DNA of 64,000 nucleotides from a bacterium (lineage in GTDB: Bacteria > Bacillota_I > Bacilli_A > RFN20 > CAG-826), in NCBI GenBank assembly GCA_963638555.1, contig CAVHQU010000001.1:169309-233308 (forward strand), read 5' to 3'. The position numbers and the translations under genes are program-made. Under the pieces are notes generated by a model. The model saw only the letters and a list, made by a program, of their open reading frames with translations, searched no databases and was not told the origin of the DNA. Every line of letters begins with the position of its first letter. The first letter of the stretch is position 1. Below are positions 1-9,500 of this stretch, one piece after another.

Positions 1-57
1 ATCAAAGACGATGCAGAATATGGTGCAGTTGCAAAGCTTACAATCACATTAAACTAA
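1..57 (+). CDS. 3' end of an upstream CDS (partial, function unknown)
   Basis: Frame open from the window edge (..IKDDAEYGAVAKLTITLN*) and ends at TAA 55-57. A hairpin terminator follows. Confidence 0.3.
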   Translation: MKDDAEYGAVAKLTITLN

Positions 58-72
58 TAATTAATGAAAATT

Positions 73-98
73 AGCTCGCTTAATCGCGAGCTTTTTTT
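73..98 (+). terminator. Rho-independent terminator
   Basis: Stem agctcgc/gcgagct with a 6-nt loop, followed by a T-run (ttttttt). Confidence 0.6.
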
Positions 99-256
99 GT
101 TAACGAAAATTAGCGAGCTAATCTCTTCTTTCATCTTTTTTGATCGTTTTTCAATATTTCAATCAAATTTGATAATTCTATACCGGTAAAGTTTTATTTA
201 GTGATAAACTAAACATGTAATCATTCAAAAAGAATGAAATTATAGAGAGGTATATT

Positions 257-1402
257 ATGTCTTACAGATTCATGTTAAACGAAACTTCTTATCATGGACA
301 CGGCGCTATTGAAAACATCGTTCCTGAAGTCCAAGCAAGAGGTTTTAAAAAAGCTTTAGTTTGCTCCGATCCAGATTTAGTAAAATTCGGCGTCACAGCA
401 AAAGTTACAGATTTATTGGATAAGGCCGGCATCGCTTATAAGCTTTATTCAAACATCAAACCAAATCCAACAATTGAGAACGTCACAAGCGGTGTTGCTG
501 CATGCAAAGAAGCTGGCGCAGATTTCATTATTGCTATCGGTGGCGGTTCTTCAATGGATACTTCTAAAGCGATTGGCATCATCATGACAAATCCAGAGTT
601 TGCTGATGTTAGATCATTAGAAGGCGTTGCTCCAACAAAGAAACCATGCTTGCCAATCATTGCGGTCGCAACAACTGCTGGCACAGCTGCTGAAGTCACG
701 ATCAACTACGTTATCACCGATGTTGAAAAGAAGAGAAAATTCGTTTGCGTTGATGCACACGATATGCCTATTGTCGCCATTGTTGATCCAGATATGATGT
801 CCACAATGCCAAAAGGTTTAACGGCCGCAACAGGTATGGATGCTTTAACACATGCTATTGAAGGCTATATCACACGTGGTGCATGGACAATGTCCGATAT
901 GTTCCATCTTAAGGCCATTGAAATCATCGGAAAGTCTCTCCGCAAGGCTGTTATAAATGATCCAGATGGTCGTGAAGGAATGGCTTTAGGGCAATATATT
1001 GCTGGTATGGGTTTCTCCAACGTTGGCTTAGGCATCGACCATGCTATGGCTCATACTCTTTCGGCATATTATGACATCCCACATGGCGTTGCTTGCGCTA
1101 TGCTTCTTCCTATCGCTATGGAATTCAATGCAGACGTAACAGGCGAAAAATATAAAGATATCGCTATTGCATTAGGCGTTAAAGGGGTTGATAATATGAC
1201 TCAAGAAGAATATCGCGCTGCTGCCATTAATGCCGTTAAGCAACTTTCAAGTGATGTTGGCATTCCAACAAAATGTGAAAAGATTCTCGCTAGCGATTTA
1301 GATAGTTTGGCAACCGATGCTCTCCATGACGCTTGTTATCCGGGCAATCCAAAAGAAGCAACACATGATGAAGTCGTTGCTCTCTTCAAAAAATTAATGT
1401 AG
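257..1402 (+). CDS. fucO: Iron-containing alcohol dehydrogenase, lactaldehyde reductase / 1,2-propanediol oxidoreductase-like
   Basis: 381-aa ORF with SD agagagg. Near-colinear with E. coli FucO as I recall it: NPEFADVRSLEG, TTAGTAAEVTINYVITD, DALTHAIEGYITRGAW, GMGFSNVGLG and the GGGS nucleotide motif. Confidence 0.85.
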   Translation: MSYRFMLNETSYHGHGAIENIVPEVQARGFKKALVCSDPDLVKFGVTAKVTDLLDKAGIAYKLYSNIKPNPTIENVTSGVAACKEAGADFIIAIGGGSSMDTSKAIGIIMTNPEFADVRSLEGVAPTKKPCLPIIAVATTAGTAAEVTINYVITDVEKKRKFVCVDAHDMPIVAIVDPDMMSTMPKGLTAATGMDALTHAIEGYITRGAWTMSDMFHLKAIEIIGKSLRKAVINDPDGREGMALGQYIAGMGFSNVGLGIDHAMAHTLSAYYDIPHGVACAMLLPIAMEFNADVTGEKYKDIAIALGVKGVDNMTQEEYRAAAINAVKQLSSDVGIPTKCEKILASDLDSLATDALHDACYPGNPKEATHDEVVALFKKLM

Positions 1403-1488
1403 TCCATGCATAGGTGAGTATTCTCCATTTCACCTATTCATATCATACGTTTCCACCTGTCTCCTTCCTGTTTTTGAGGAAACGTATG

Positions 1489-1524
1489 AAAAAATCCATC
1501 CCTACCTTTCCGGGATGGATTTTT
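1489..1524. terminator. Bidirectional intrinsic terminator between convergent genes
   Basis: 9-bp stem atccatccc/gggatggat flanked by an A-run on one side and a T-run on the other. Confidence 0.6.
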
Positions 1525-1530
1525 AATTAA

Positions 1531-3114
1531 CTACTTCTTCAATTTCTCAAATTTTTCTAAATCAGCTAACTTTAACTGAAAATTTTTAGTTTCTTCTTTT
1601 GAAAGTTTCTTAAGCCTTTCTTTTTGCTTACTAATTTCCAATAAAGATTTCTCCTTTGGATAATTAGGATTATTAAGATTGGCATTGAGAATCTTATCGG
1701 CAATCATCGCATCCTTAAGAAGATTGTTGTCATTCTTCGGCTCGGGCTTCTTTAAAGAGATACCTTTGTCCATTGGTTTAGATTCAGGTTTCTTTCTCTT
1801 GCTTTCGCCAACAACAAGAATAATACCTTCAGGAATGGCAGAAGATGATCCGCCAGAAACAGATCCTTTAACCTTAACAACTTTGATCTTCTTTTTGGAT
1901 AGATCATCGTCTTTTTTAGTTACACGGGTCTCTTTCTTTTGGTTTTGAGGTTGAACTTTCTTCTTTTCAAGAAGTGGTTTATTCTCCATCTTAGGCTGTT
2001 TCGTTTTAGGCTTATCTTCTTTTTTAGCGATTGATACAGTGTATTCCTTATCTTTGTTGAAGACGTATACCTTATCGCCTTTTTTAAAAGTGAAACTATT
2101 GCCTTTAGCACCCAAGACATCAACTGCAGTTAAATCGTCATGCGTTAAGTCTAATTCACCATGAATATCAGCAAAATAGGATACAGATGGGTCTCTGACA
2201 ATCGTGTGATAATTAAGTGCAAGACGTTTTAGAGCCTCGCTAGGAAGTTTCCCTTGTCCGAGTGGAAGATTGTCTTCTTTAACTGGGTTTTCTTTTTTAT
2301 CAGCCTTTTTAGACGCGGATATGAGGCTTTCTTTAGTGTTAATAAGCATCTCTTTGCTGAAATGAAGATTGATATTCTTAGATTGATCCCCTGCTTTTTT
2401 CAATCTAGATAATTGGTCATCAATGTCTCTGAGTTTGAGTTTAAGCTTATAGTTTTGATTGGTTAGGTTCTTGCTTAATTTCTCATCCTCTTGAATTAAT
2501 GTTTTTTGAAGTTTTGTTAATTGGATTGGTTTTTTGTTGTCTTTTTCTTCTTTCTGAAAAGACGAAGCGTCACGTTTCTTGTTGAAAGGTGCTTTAGGTC
2601 CATTTTCCCCTGGATTCTTTTCTAATTCAGAATCTTGATTGATGCGATACACGTTAAGGTATCTCCCCTTTTGTGAATCAAGATTGTTCATCTTCAATAA
2701 ATCTGTCGTTAATGTTTTGTCTTGGGTGATAACTAACAATTTATTGTGAATTCTAAGACCTGACACTCTGGTGTAAATTGCATTGTCTGCAAACGATTCC
2801 CCTAACGTTTTAGTAATTGTTAATGCATGGGTGTGCCATTTATCGTGGCGAATGATTTTTAAGGCTCTTGCGGCAGCGAGTCTAGACGAAGCACGTTCTT
2901 TACTTTTCTCTTTGGCGTGTTTCTTTAACTCATCAAGGCATTCACCAAGAACAATTACTTGCAATTCTTCTCTCCAATATTCTTTTGAGGATACCAATTT
3001 ATCCATGAATAATGGGAAGGTGTCTTCCATCAAGGAACATGTGTCCACGAAGACGTAGTCGTATTCATTTAAGAATTTCGCTAAGCTCGAGGATTCTAAT
3101 TCCTCTTGATACAT
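1531..3114 (-). CDS. Hypothetical protein with N-terminal PIN-like domain and long Lys-rich low-complexity C-terminal region
   Basis: 527-aa ORF with strong SD (aaggagg). The N-terminus (YDYVFVDTCSLME ... VITQDKTLTTDL) resembles PIN/NYN nuclease folds. The rest is K/E-rich with internal repeats (NLTNQNYKLK / NLNNPNYPKEK). Confidence 0.5.
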   Translation of the reverse strand: MYQEELESSSLAKFLNEYDYVFVDTCSLMEDTFPLFMDKLVSSKEYWREELQVIVLGECLDELKKHAKEKSKERASSRLAAARALKIIRHDKWHTHALTITKTLGESFADNAIYTRVSGLRIHNKLLVITQDKTLTTDLLKMNNLDSQKGRYLNVYRINQDSELEKNPGENGPKAPFNKKRDASSFQKEEKDNKKPIQLTKLQKTLIQEDEKLSKNLTNQNYKLKLKLRDIDDQLSRLKKAGDQSKNINLHFSKEMLINTKESLISASKKADKKENPVKEDNLPLGQGKLPSEALKRLALNYHTIVRDPSVSYFADIHGELDLTHDDLTAVDVLGAKGNSFTFKKGDKVYVFNKDKEYTVSIAKKEDKPKTKQPKMENKPLLEKKKVQPQNQKKETRVTKKDDDLSKKKIKVVKVKGSVSGGSSSAIPEGIILVVGESKRKKPESKPMDKGISLKKPEPKNDNNLLKDAMIADKILNANLNNPNYPKEKSLLEISKQKERLKKLSKEETKNFQLKLADLEKFEKLKK

Positions 3115-3281
3115 ATGTAGATATATTTACCTCCTTACAATATGATTGTAACTTAAAAAATGTCAAAAGCCAAAATTATGTTAATTGTCATATGAAAATG
3201 AGCAAGTTTTACAATCAATGTAAGTCCTTAAACGAGAAACAATGCAAGAGAGGTTTTTTTGCTATAAAATAATCCACGTAG

Positions 3282-3893
3282 ATGAAAGACTTATCTAAAA
3301 CCGTATCAAAAAATTTATCATTGCTTAGAAAAGCTAGAGGGTTAACTCAAGGCCAGTTAGCTGAAAAATTTTCATATTCCGATAAATCGATATCAAAATG
3401 GGAGACGGGCGAAGGCCTGCCAGATATCAACATTCTTTCAGAATTAGCATCTTTCTATGGTGTTACGCTTGACTACCTAATTCAAGAGCATTCAGAAGAA
3501 ATGCTTGAACATGATGGGAAAGTCGACCCAAGAGATATTAGGAGAAACAAAATCATTGTTGTTGCCTTGTCCGTAGTCTTTGTTTGGACTATTGCAGCTG
3601 TAATATATTCCGCTTTAAGAATGGCGAAGATTGATACATGGTCCCCATGGTTGATATATATCTGGGCTGTTCCTGCATCGTTTATTGTTACGCTTTACTT
3701 TGGAAAGAAATGGGGGAGGAAAGAACACATCCTCATTGGCTTAATCTGCTTGTATTGGACATTTGCCTTTGCCTTGTATATAGAACTTGGCATGGATATT
3801 ACAATTGGGTGGAATTTATGGTTCATCGGTCTAATACCTATACCAGCAACCGTAGGAACAGTCTTCTTTGCTCTTTCAACATCTAAAGATTAA
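3282..3893 (+). CDS. XRE-family helix-turn-helix regulator with C-terminal multi-TM domain
   Basis: HTH_3 signature LRKARGLTQGQLAEKFSYSDKSISKWETGEGLPDINILSELASFYGVTLDYLI, followed by about 4 hydrophobic helices. Confidence 0.75.
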   Translation: MKDLSKTVSKNLSLLRKARGLTQGQLAEKFSYSDKSISKWETGEGLPDINILSELASFYGVTLDYLIQEHSEEMLEHDGKVDPRDIRRNKIIVVALSVVFVWTIAAVIYSALRMAKIDTWSPWLIYIWAVPASFIVTLYFGKKWGRKEHILIGLICLYWTFAFALYIELGMDITIGWNLWFIGLIPIPATVGTVFFALSTSKD

Positions 3894-3957
3894 TGCGCTA
3901 TCCTTGTATCTAGTGCATTATTTTTCTAAAATATCAAATAGTTTAGAGAGGTTGCTT

Positions 3958-4632
3958 ATGGATTCAATTCGTGTAATAAAGGTAAAACAAAGCGTATTTG
4001 CAAATAATAATGCAAGAGCCGCTGAAGTTAGAAAGAAGCTCAAAGAGAAAAATGTCTATCTTGTTAATTTAATGTCCTCTCCAGGAAGCGGAAAAACCAC
4101 ATTCTTGGTTGCCCTTATTAACAAATTGAAGAATGATCTTAGAATTGGCGTTATGGAAGCAGATATTGATGCTACAGTCGACGCAGAAACGATTTCAAAT
4201 AAGACAGGGGTCAAGTCAATTCAGATCCATACCTCAGGAGAATGTCATCTTGATGCTAAGATGGTCGATGACTCATTAGATGGATTTGGCGTTGATGATT
4301 TAGATTTGGTCTTCCTAGAAAACATTGGAAACCTTGTTTGTCCAGCTGAATTTGATACAGGGGCATCCTCTTCTTTCGAGTTGTTATCAATTCCTGAAGG
4401 CGATGATAAGCCTTTAAAATATCCACTTATGTTTACAGTGGCAAATGTTGTTATCTTTACTAAGATGGACGCAATCTCTGTTTTTGATTTTGATATTCAA
4501 AAAGCCGAAGAACGTATCCTTAAATTGAATCCAAACACTAAGTTCTTCCCCGTTTCTGCCAAAACTGGCCAAGGCATTGATGAATTGGCCGCTTATCTTC
4601 TTAAAGAAGTCAAAACTTATCAGGCAAAATAA
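3958..4632 (+). CDS. hypB: Nickel-insertion GTPase HypB (hydrogenase/urease accessory G3E family)
   Basis: Start moved to ATG 3958 (SD gagagg); the track ORF begins at 3868. P-loop LMSSPGSGKTT and the HypB motif ENIGNLVCPAEFD are present, with TKMD in place of NKxD. Confidence 0.85.
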   Translation: MDSIRVIKVKQSVFANNNARAAEVRKKLKEKNVYLVNLMSSPGSGKTTFLVALINKLKNDLRIGVMEADIDATVDAETISNKTGVKSIQIHTSGECHLDAKMVDDSLDGFGVDDLDLVFLENIGNLVCPAEFDTGASSSFELLSIPEGDDKPLKYPLMFTVANVVIFTKMDAISVFDFDIQKAEERILKLNPNTKFFPVSAKTGQGIDELAAYLLKEVKTYQAK

Positions 4633-4686
4633 CTACACACAAAAACTATATTTTCAATATATCTATGGATACGTTTGGAGGCAAGC

Positions 4687-5448
4687 ATGAACGCAGGTAA
4701 AAAAGCAGTCATATTTGTCGTTTCCTATTTAGGCGTCACAATTGTCGGAGGTCTTGTAATTTTTGGGTTATTCTTTAAGGCAATAGTTAATGATGTTTAC
4801 TCCAATAGATACCAAGAAACTAACTTTTCTCCATATACAAAATGGGTAAATGCTGATTATTCAACGAGAATATACTGCATGAATTGCAAATACGGTGAAT
4901 ATGGCTATACAACAATTAATGGTCAAGAGGAATTTTTTTGCTGGACGACATGTACTGGTTACAACAATACTTGCAAAAACGATAATATGGTCTTTTATTT
5001 CCCTGAACGCGATGAATCCATAAGGATGGTTGAAACGGTAAACGCTTCAAAAAATGATGAACTAACTCTCAAGCCTTATAGAGTCGATACAATAATTTCA
5101 AATAATTGGTCAGAAAAATTTTCTAAAGCAGAGTTTAACAGTGAAGATATCGATATGCGTTATTCTTTTTTGACAAAAATATACAGTCCTGAGTTAGATC
5201 TTAAATTCAAAATAAACTACTCTGAAGAAAAAAATGATGGTGGTTATAAGATGCATGCATATTTCAACAACGAATTGATAGAAGCGGCTTTTACCGACAA
5301 AACTCATATAAAATTGACCATTAACGATTCTATTAGCGAAGGATCATGGTCATTTGCGAAAGAAAACTATTATTTAAAATTTACTAAAGATGAGTTATTT
5401 GGTAAAGAAGGTGAGACGCTCACGTTCAAAACCAAAGTTGAGTATTAA
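4687..5448 (+). CDS. Hypothetical membrane-anchored protein
   Basis: GGAGG lies 6 nt before ATG 4687; the track ORF starts at TTG 4675. One N-terminal TM helix (AVIFVVSYLGVTIVGGLVIFGLFF). I recognise no domain. Confidence 0.55.
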   Translation: MNAGKKAVIFVVSYLGVTIVGGLVIFGLFFKAIVNDVYSNRYQETNFSPYTKWVNADYSTRIYCMNCKYGEYGYTTINGQEEFFCWTTCTGYNNTCKNDNMVFYFPERDESIRMVETVNASKNDELTLKPYRVDTIISNNWSEKFSKAEFNSEDIDMRYSFLTKIYSPELDLKFKINYSEEKNDGGYKMHAYFNNELIEAAFTDKTHIKLTINDSISEGSWSFAKENYYLKFTKDELFGKEGETLTFKTKVEY

Positions 5449-5449
5449 A

Positions 5450-5477
5450 AATGGTTAGCGATTATGCTAACCATTTT
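5450..5477. terminator. Shared intrinsic terminator between convergent genes
   Basis: 10-bp stem aatggttagc/gctaaccatt with a 6-nt loop and T-rich tail. Confidence 0.6.
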
Positions 5478-5481
5478 CCTT

Positions 5482-7599
5482 TTATTTTTCTACGACTATT
5501 TGTCCATCTTTTACGTCAACTGTGAACTTGTTTTTCGTATCAATCTCACCTTTGATGATTGCAGTAGCAAGTACAGTCTCAATTTTGTCTTGGATGAATC
5601 TCTTGATTGGTCTAGCACCGAAATTTGGTGAATAGGATGAATCAAGGACATATTTTCTAAGATTGTCAGTAAATTCGACGGAGTAGAATTGATTTTCAAG
5701 TCTTTCCTTGAGTTCGTTCAACATTTTATCAACGATCTTTAGTTGGACATCCTTATTTAACGGATTGAAATATACTATCTCATCAATACGGTTAAGGAAT
5801 TCAGGCTTAAATGTATGATGGAGCAAATCTTCAACCTTCGAGTTCTCTCCGTTAAGGATATATTCGCTGCCCAAATTGGATGTCATGATAATGATTGTAT
5901 TCTTGAAATCAACTAAGTGGCCTTGAGAATCAGTTAAACGACCATCATCAAGTATTTGCAAGAGAAGATTGAATACTTCAGGGTCAGCTTTTTCAATCTC
6001 ATCAAAGAGAACGATTGAATATGGATTCCTACGCACCTTTTCAGTAAGCTGTCCTCCTTCTTCATAGCCAACATAGCCGGGAGCTGCACCAATTAAACGT
6101 GATACAGAATATTTTTCCATATATTCAGACATATCAATACGGATAATGTTGTTTTCGTTATCGAAAAGGGCTTCCGCCAATGCTTTCGCTACTTCAGTTT
6201 TACCAACACCGGTAGGGCCTAAGAACATGAAGGACCCGATAGGTCTATTAGGATTTTGAATACCAGCTCTTTGACGAAGAATAGCGTTAGATACTAATTG
6301 AATGGCATTGTCTTGTCCAATGACTCTCTTTTGAAGGGTTTCCTTTAAATCAAGGACCTTCTCTTTATCTCCTTTAGAAATTCTTGATACAGGTATGCCT
6401 GTTCTTTTTGCAACAATCTTTGCAATGGATTCAGAATCAACTATTTCATCAACAAGTCTTTCCGTATCGTTGGTAGATTCGGTTATCTCTTTGATGCGTT
6501 TCTCATATTCAGGAATTGTTTGATACTGAAGTTTTGAAGCCTTTTCGAAGTTCCCTTCTTGGAAATAGTTGGCAAGTTCTACTTTTGCTTCTTCTATCTT
6601 GTTTTTAAGATCTTTTGCTTCTTTGATTTGGGCTTTCTCTTTTTGCCATTCAGCAGTTAATTTACTAGATTTATCTTTGTATTCAGAAAGTTCTTTATCA
6701 AGCTCAACTAAACGTTTCTTTGAAGAATCGTCATTTTCTTTCGTAAGCGCTACACGTTCGACCTCTAATGAGCGAATCTTACGGTTTGTTTCATCAAGTT
6801 CAGTTGGCATTGATTCAATTTCAACCTTGATTCCTGCGCACGCTTCATCAATCAAATCGATTGCCTTATCTGGCAAGAAACGATTAGTGATGTATCTATT
6901 AGATAATGTCGCAGCAGAAATGAGTGCATTATCAGTGATTCTAACGCCATGGTACGACTCAAATCTCTCTTTTAAACCACGAAGAATCGTTATTGTGTCT
7001 TCAACTGTTGGCTCTTCGATCATTACAGTTTGGAAACGTCTTTCAAGAGCGCGGTCTTTTTCAATGTATTGTCTATATTCGTTTAATGTTGTCGCACCGA
7101 TGCAGTCTATTTCACCACGAGCAAGCATCGGTTTAAGCATATTTGAAGCATCCATTGCGCCATCTGTTCTGCCTGCGCCAACGATTAAGTGAATCTCATC
7201 AATGAAAAGGACTATCTTGCCATCTGATTGTTTGATTTTATTCAGGACAGCCTTCAAACGCTCCTCAAATTCACCACGATATTTAGCGCCCGCAATAAGA
7301 GCACCCATATCAAGTTCATATATTTCTTTGTCTTTTAATGTAGCAGGGACATCGTTTTTGACGATTCTTTCCGCAAGCCCTTCTACTATTGCTGTTTTGC
7401 CAACGCCTGGTTCGCCAAGCAAGATAACGTTGTTCTTTGTCTTTCTTGCTAATATTTGTATGACCTTGCGAATTTCTTCATCACGGCCAATAACTGGATC
7501 TATTTTCCCGTTTTTTACATCCGCATTAACGTTGCGGCCAAATTTATCAAGGATGTTTTCATCTTGGGAATAGTCTTCCATTCCATTCATTTCATTCAT
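5482..7599 (-). CDS. clpB: ClpB-type AAA+ disaggregase lacking the N-terminal domain
   Basis: Two AAA+ modules ([15 protein letters not shown]; [15 protein letters not shown]) with a coiled-coil middle domain between them. At 705 aa it starts just before NBD1, as in Mollicutes ClpB. SD ggagg. Confidence 0.9.
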   Translation of the reverse strand: MNEMNGMEDYSQDENILDKFGRNVNADVKNGKIDPVIGRDEEIRKVIQILARKTKNNVILLGEPGVGKTAIVEGLAERIVKNDVPATLKDKEIYELDMGALIAGAKYRGEFEERLKAVLNKIKQSDGKIVLFIDEIHLIVGAGRTDGAMDASNMLKPMLARGEIDCIGATTLNEYRQYIEKDRALERRFQTVMIEEPTVEDTITILRGLKERFESYHGVRITDNALISAATLSNRYITNRFLPDKAIDLIDEACAGIKVEIESMPTELDETNRKIRSLEVERVALTKENDDSSKKRLVELDKELSEYKDKSSKLTAEWQKEKAQIKEAKDLKNKIEEAKVELANYFQEGNFEKASKLQYQTIPEYEKRIKEITESTNDTERLVDEIVDSESIAKIVAKRTGIPVSRISKGDKEKVLDLKETLQKRVIGQDNAIQLVSNAILRQRAGIQNPNRPIGSFMFLGPTGVGKTEVAKALAEALFDNENNIIRIDMSEYMEKYSVSRLIGAAPGYVGYEEGGQLTEKVRRNPYSIVLFDEIEKADPEVFNLLLQILDDGRLTDSQGHLVDFKNTIIIMTSNLGSEYILNGENSKVEDLLHHTFKPEFLNRIDEIVYFNPLNKDVQLKIVDKMLNELKERLENQFYSVEFTDNLRKYVLDSSYSPNFGARPIKRFIQDKIETVLATAIIKGEIDTKNKFTVDVKDGQIVVEK

Positions 7600-7659
7600 A
7601 ATTTAAAACCTCCTATTTTCAATTCCTTTAGCAGGAACACCATTATTATACTCATTCTT

Positions 7660-7686
7660 TTAGCACTCGCAAGTCTTGAGTGCTAA
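7660..7686 (-). promoter_or_regulatory. CIRCE operator (HrcA binding site) upstream of clpB
   Basis: Perfect TTAGCACTC-N9-GAGTGCTAA, about 60 nt upstream of the clpB start codon. Confidence 0.85.
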
Positions 7687-7815
7687 TTCTTGCTAAATAA
7701 TATTTCCTATCTTTAGATAGAAATTTGCTGAATAAGTAATTTATTACTTGTTTTTTTCGACATATATCGCTTTAATATTAGCGGACTGTATAGGTTTGAA
7801 AGTCGAATTGTATTT

Positions 7816-8409
7816 ATGGAAAAGAAATTAATTATCGTCAGCGCACCGCCAGCAAGCGGCAAAACATATGTATCAAAGAAATTAGCCGAATCATTGGAAC
7901 ATGTTACATATTTAGATAAAGATAGCTTAGTTCCTCTTAGCAATGTTGCATATAAGATTGCAGGTCTTCCAGTTGAAAGAGAAGGCGAATTCTTTAAAAA
8001 GAACATTCGTGATGTTGAATATGATGTCATCCTAGAGATGGCTTTTACCGCTTTGCATTATGAAGATATCGTTTTAATTAACGCTCCATTCACAAAAGAA
8101 ATACATCACCCAGAGTATATTGAAACATTAAGAAAGAAACTCGCAGAGCAATACAACGCTCACTTAGTCATTGTCTGGGTTGTTTGCGATATTAAAACGG
8201 TTAAAGCAAGAATGATCGCAAGAAACTCGGATAGAGACGTTTTCAAGATTAAGAATTTTGATTCATGGGTTAAGACGCAAGATTTCAACATTCCGACATA
8301 TCTCAAAGTTGAAAATGATCCATATTCATTAGTTATATTTGATAACTCCAATGATGAAGTATTTGCTAAATCGATGAAAGATACTGTTGCATTGCTTGAA
8401 GAGAAATAA
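7816..8409 (+). CDS. P-loop NTPase / kinase-like ATP-binding protein
   Basis: 197 aa with Walker A at the N-terminus (SAPPASGKTYVSKKLA). Size and layout resemble AAA_33/zeta-toxin-like small-molecule kinases. Confidence 0.55.
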   Translation: MEKKLIIVSAPPASGKTYVSKKLAESLEHVTYLDKDSLVPLSNVAYKIAGLPVEREGEFFKKNIRDVEYDVILEMAFTALHYEDIVLINAPFTKEIHHPEYIETLRKKLAEQYNAHLVIVWVVCDIKTVKARMIARNSDRDVFKIKNFDSWVKTQDFNIPTYLKVENDPYSLVIFDNSNDEVFAKSMKDTVALLEEK

Positions 8410-8419
8410 GTTTCCATTG

Positions 8420-8441
8420 GCATCACGTTGTGATGCTTTTT
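8420..8441 (+). terminator. Rho-independent terminator
   Basis: Stem gcatcac/gtgatgc followed by ttttt. Confidence 0.55.
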
Positions 8442-8483
8442 CTTTAATTCATGGGGTGCGTGTGTTAATCTTTGCAAAAAAAT

Positions 8484-8521
8484 AGAAAAATAAAAACTGC
8501 ATTGGTTTAACCACAATGCAG
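8484..8521 (-). terminator. Rho-independent terminator of the glf-glucokinase unit
   Basis: Stem ctgcattg/caatgcag with a 9-nt loop. A T-run follows on the minus strand (tttttatttttc). Confidence 0.6.
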
Positions 8522-8538
8522 CTTTCAACGAATTGAAT

Positions 8539-9489
8539 TTAATCAATAAACAATGCGGCTGCGCCTAAGATACCAGCGTCATTTCCTAAAGTAGAAACGA
8601 ACACTTTAACTGGAGCGGTACATTCAAAGCCGTATTTCTTTTCTTTGAGTTTCTTCTCAATAGCGTTTGTAAGATATTCTCTTTGATTCGAGAGACCACC
8701 GCCTAGAACAATCGCATCAGGTCTAAATATGTTGCAATAATTTAAGCATCCAACTGTTAGATAATCTTCATATTGATCAACTACCTTTAATGCAGTCTTA
8801 TCGCCTTGTTTAGAACATTCGAATGCAGTTTTTCCATCAACCTTTGAAAGATCATACGCGACATAATCCCACATAGCGGAATTCTTGTCATTTTCCATTG
8901 CTTCTTTTGTTTGGCGAATAAGAGCCGTAACTGAGGCGTATGCTTCGAAGCAGCCTTTAAGGCCGCAAGAGCATTGAACTCCATTCATGGCAATTATCAT
9001 ATGGCCCATCTCGCCGCCCTTGCCTTCATTACCCACATAAAGATGGTCATTGAGATAGATTCCTCCACCAACGCCTGTGCCTAATGTCAATAAAACGAGG
9101 TTGTGGTAATTCTTTCCAACGCCAAATTTAGCTTCACCAGCCATAGCAGCATTTGCATCATTGGCAATTCTTGCCTTCATACCTGTCTTCTTTTCAACAA
9201 TATCCACAATCGGAAGATGATGCCAATTAAGGTTTCCTGAGAAATCACAGCATCCCGTATCAGAGTTAATGGATCCTGGCGAGCCAATACCGATTCCAGC
9301 AAAATCAGATTTTTTGAAATCACATTTAAAGATCTGCTCATTGATTAAATCACCTAAACGATTAATAAGTTCTTCTTGTGTTGCACTCTTATCAATTGGG
9401 AAGCCAAAACGATTAAGGATTTCTCCTTTCTCGGAAACGAATCCACCTTTAATGGAAGTTCCACCGATATCAATTCCTACGTATTTCAT
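8539..9489 (-). CDS. glcK: ROK-family glucokinase
   Basis: N-terminal GIDIGGTSIKGG, the ROK Cys motif CSCGLKGCFEAYAS and GHMI. SD aaaggag. Confidence 0.8.
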   Translation of the reverse strand: MKYVGIDIGGTSIKGGFVSEKGEILNRFGFPIDKSATQEELINRLGDLINEQIFKCDFKKSDFAGIGIGSPGSINSDTGCCDFSGNLNWHHLPIVDIVEKKTGMKARIANDANAAMAGEAKFGVGKNYHNLVLLTLGTGVGGGIYLNDHLYVGNEGKGGEMGHMIIAMNGVQCSCGLKGCFEAYASVTALIRQTKEAMENDKNSAMWDYVAYDLSKVDGKTAFECSKQGDKTALKVVDQYEDYLTVGCLNYCNIFRPDAIVLGGGLSNQREYLTNAIEKKLKEKKYGFECTAPVKVFVSTLGNDAGILGAAALFID

Positions 9490-9500
9490 TGTTTTCTCCT

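Noticed and set aside
3868-3957. Track-suggested upstream starts: hypB at 3868, the PNPOx-like gene at 16512, the lipoprotein at 25814 and 4675 (TTG)
   Set aside because: The N-terminal extensions are unconserved-looking and overlap upstream genes or intergenic signals. Internal ATGs with good SDs (3958, 16419, 25850, 4687) give canonical N-termini.
6569-7573. Long plus-strand ORFs (6569-7192, 7202-7573) inside clpB. Many similar antisense track ORFs exist, e.g. 445-705, 1679-1948, 22314-22643, 40909-41103, 55940-56365 and 58071-58826.
   Set aside because: They lie antisense to well-supported conserved genes. Their products are low-complexity (S/F/L-rich) with no RBS. They are shadow ORFs typical of AT-rich DNA.
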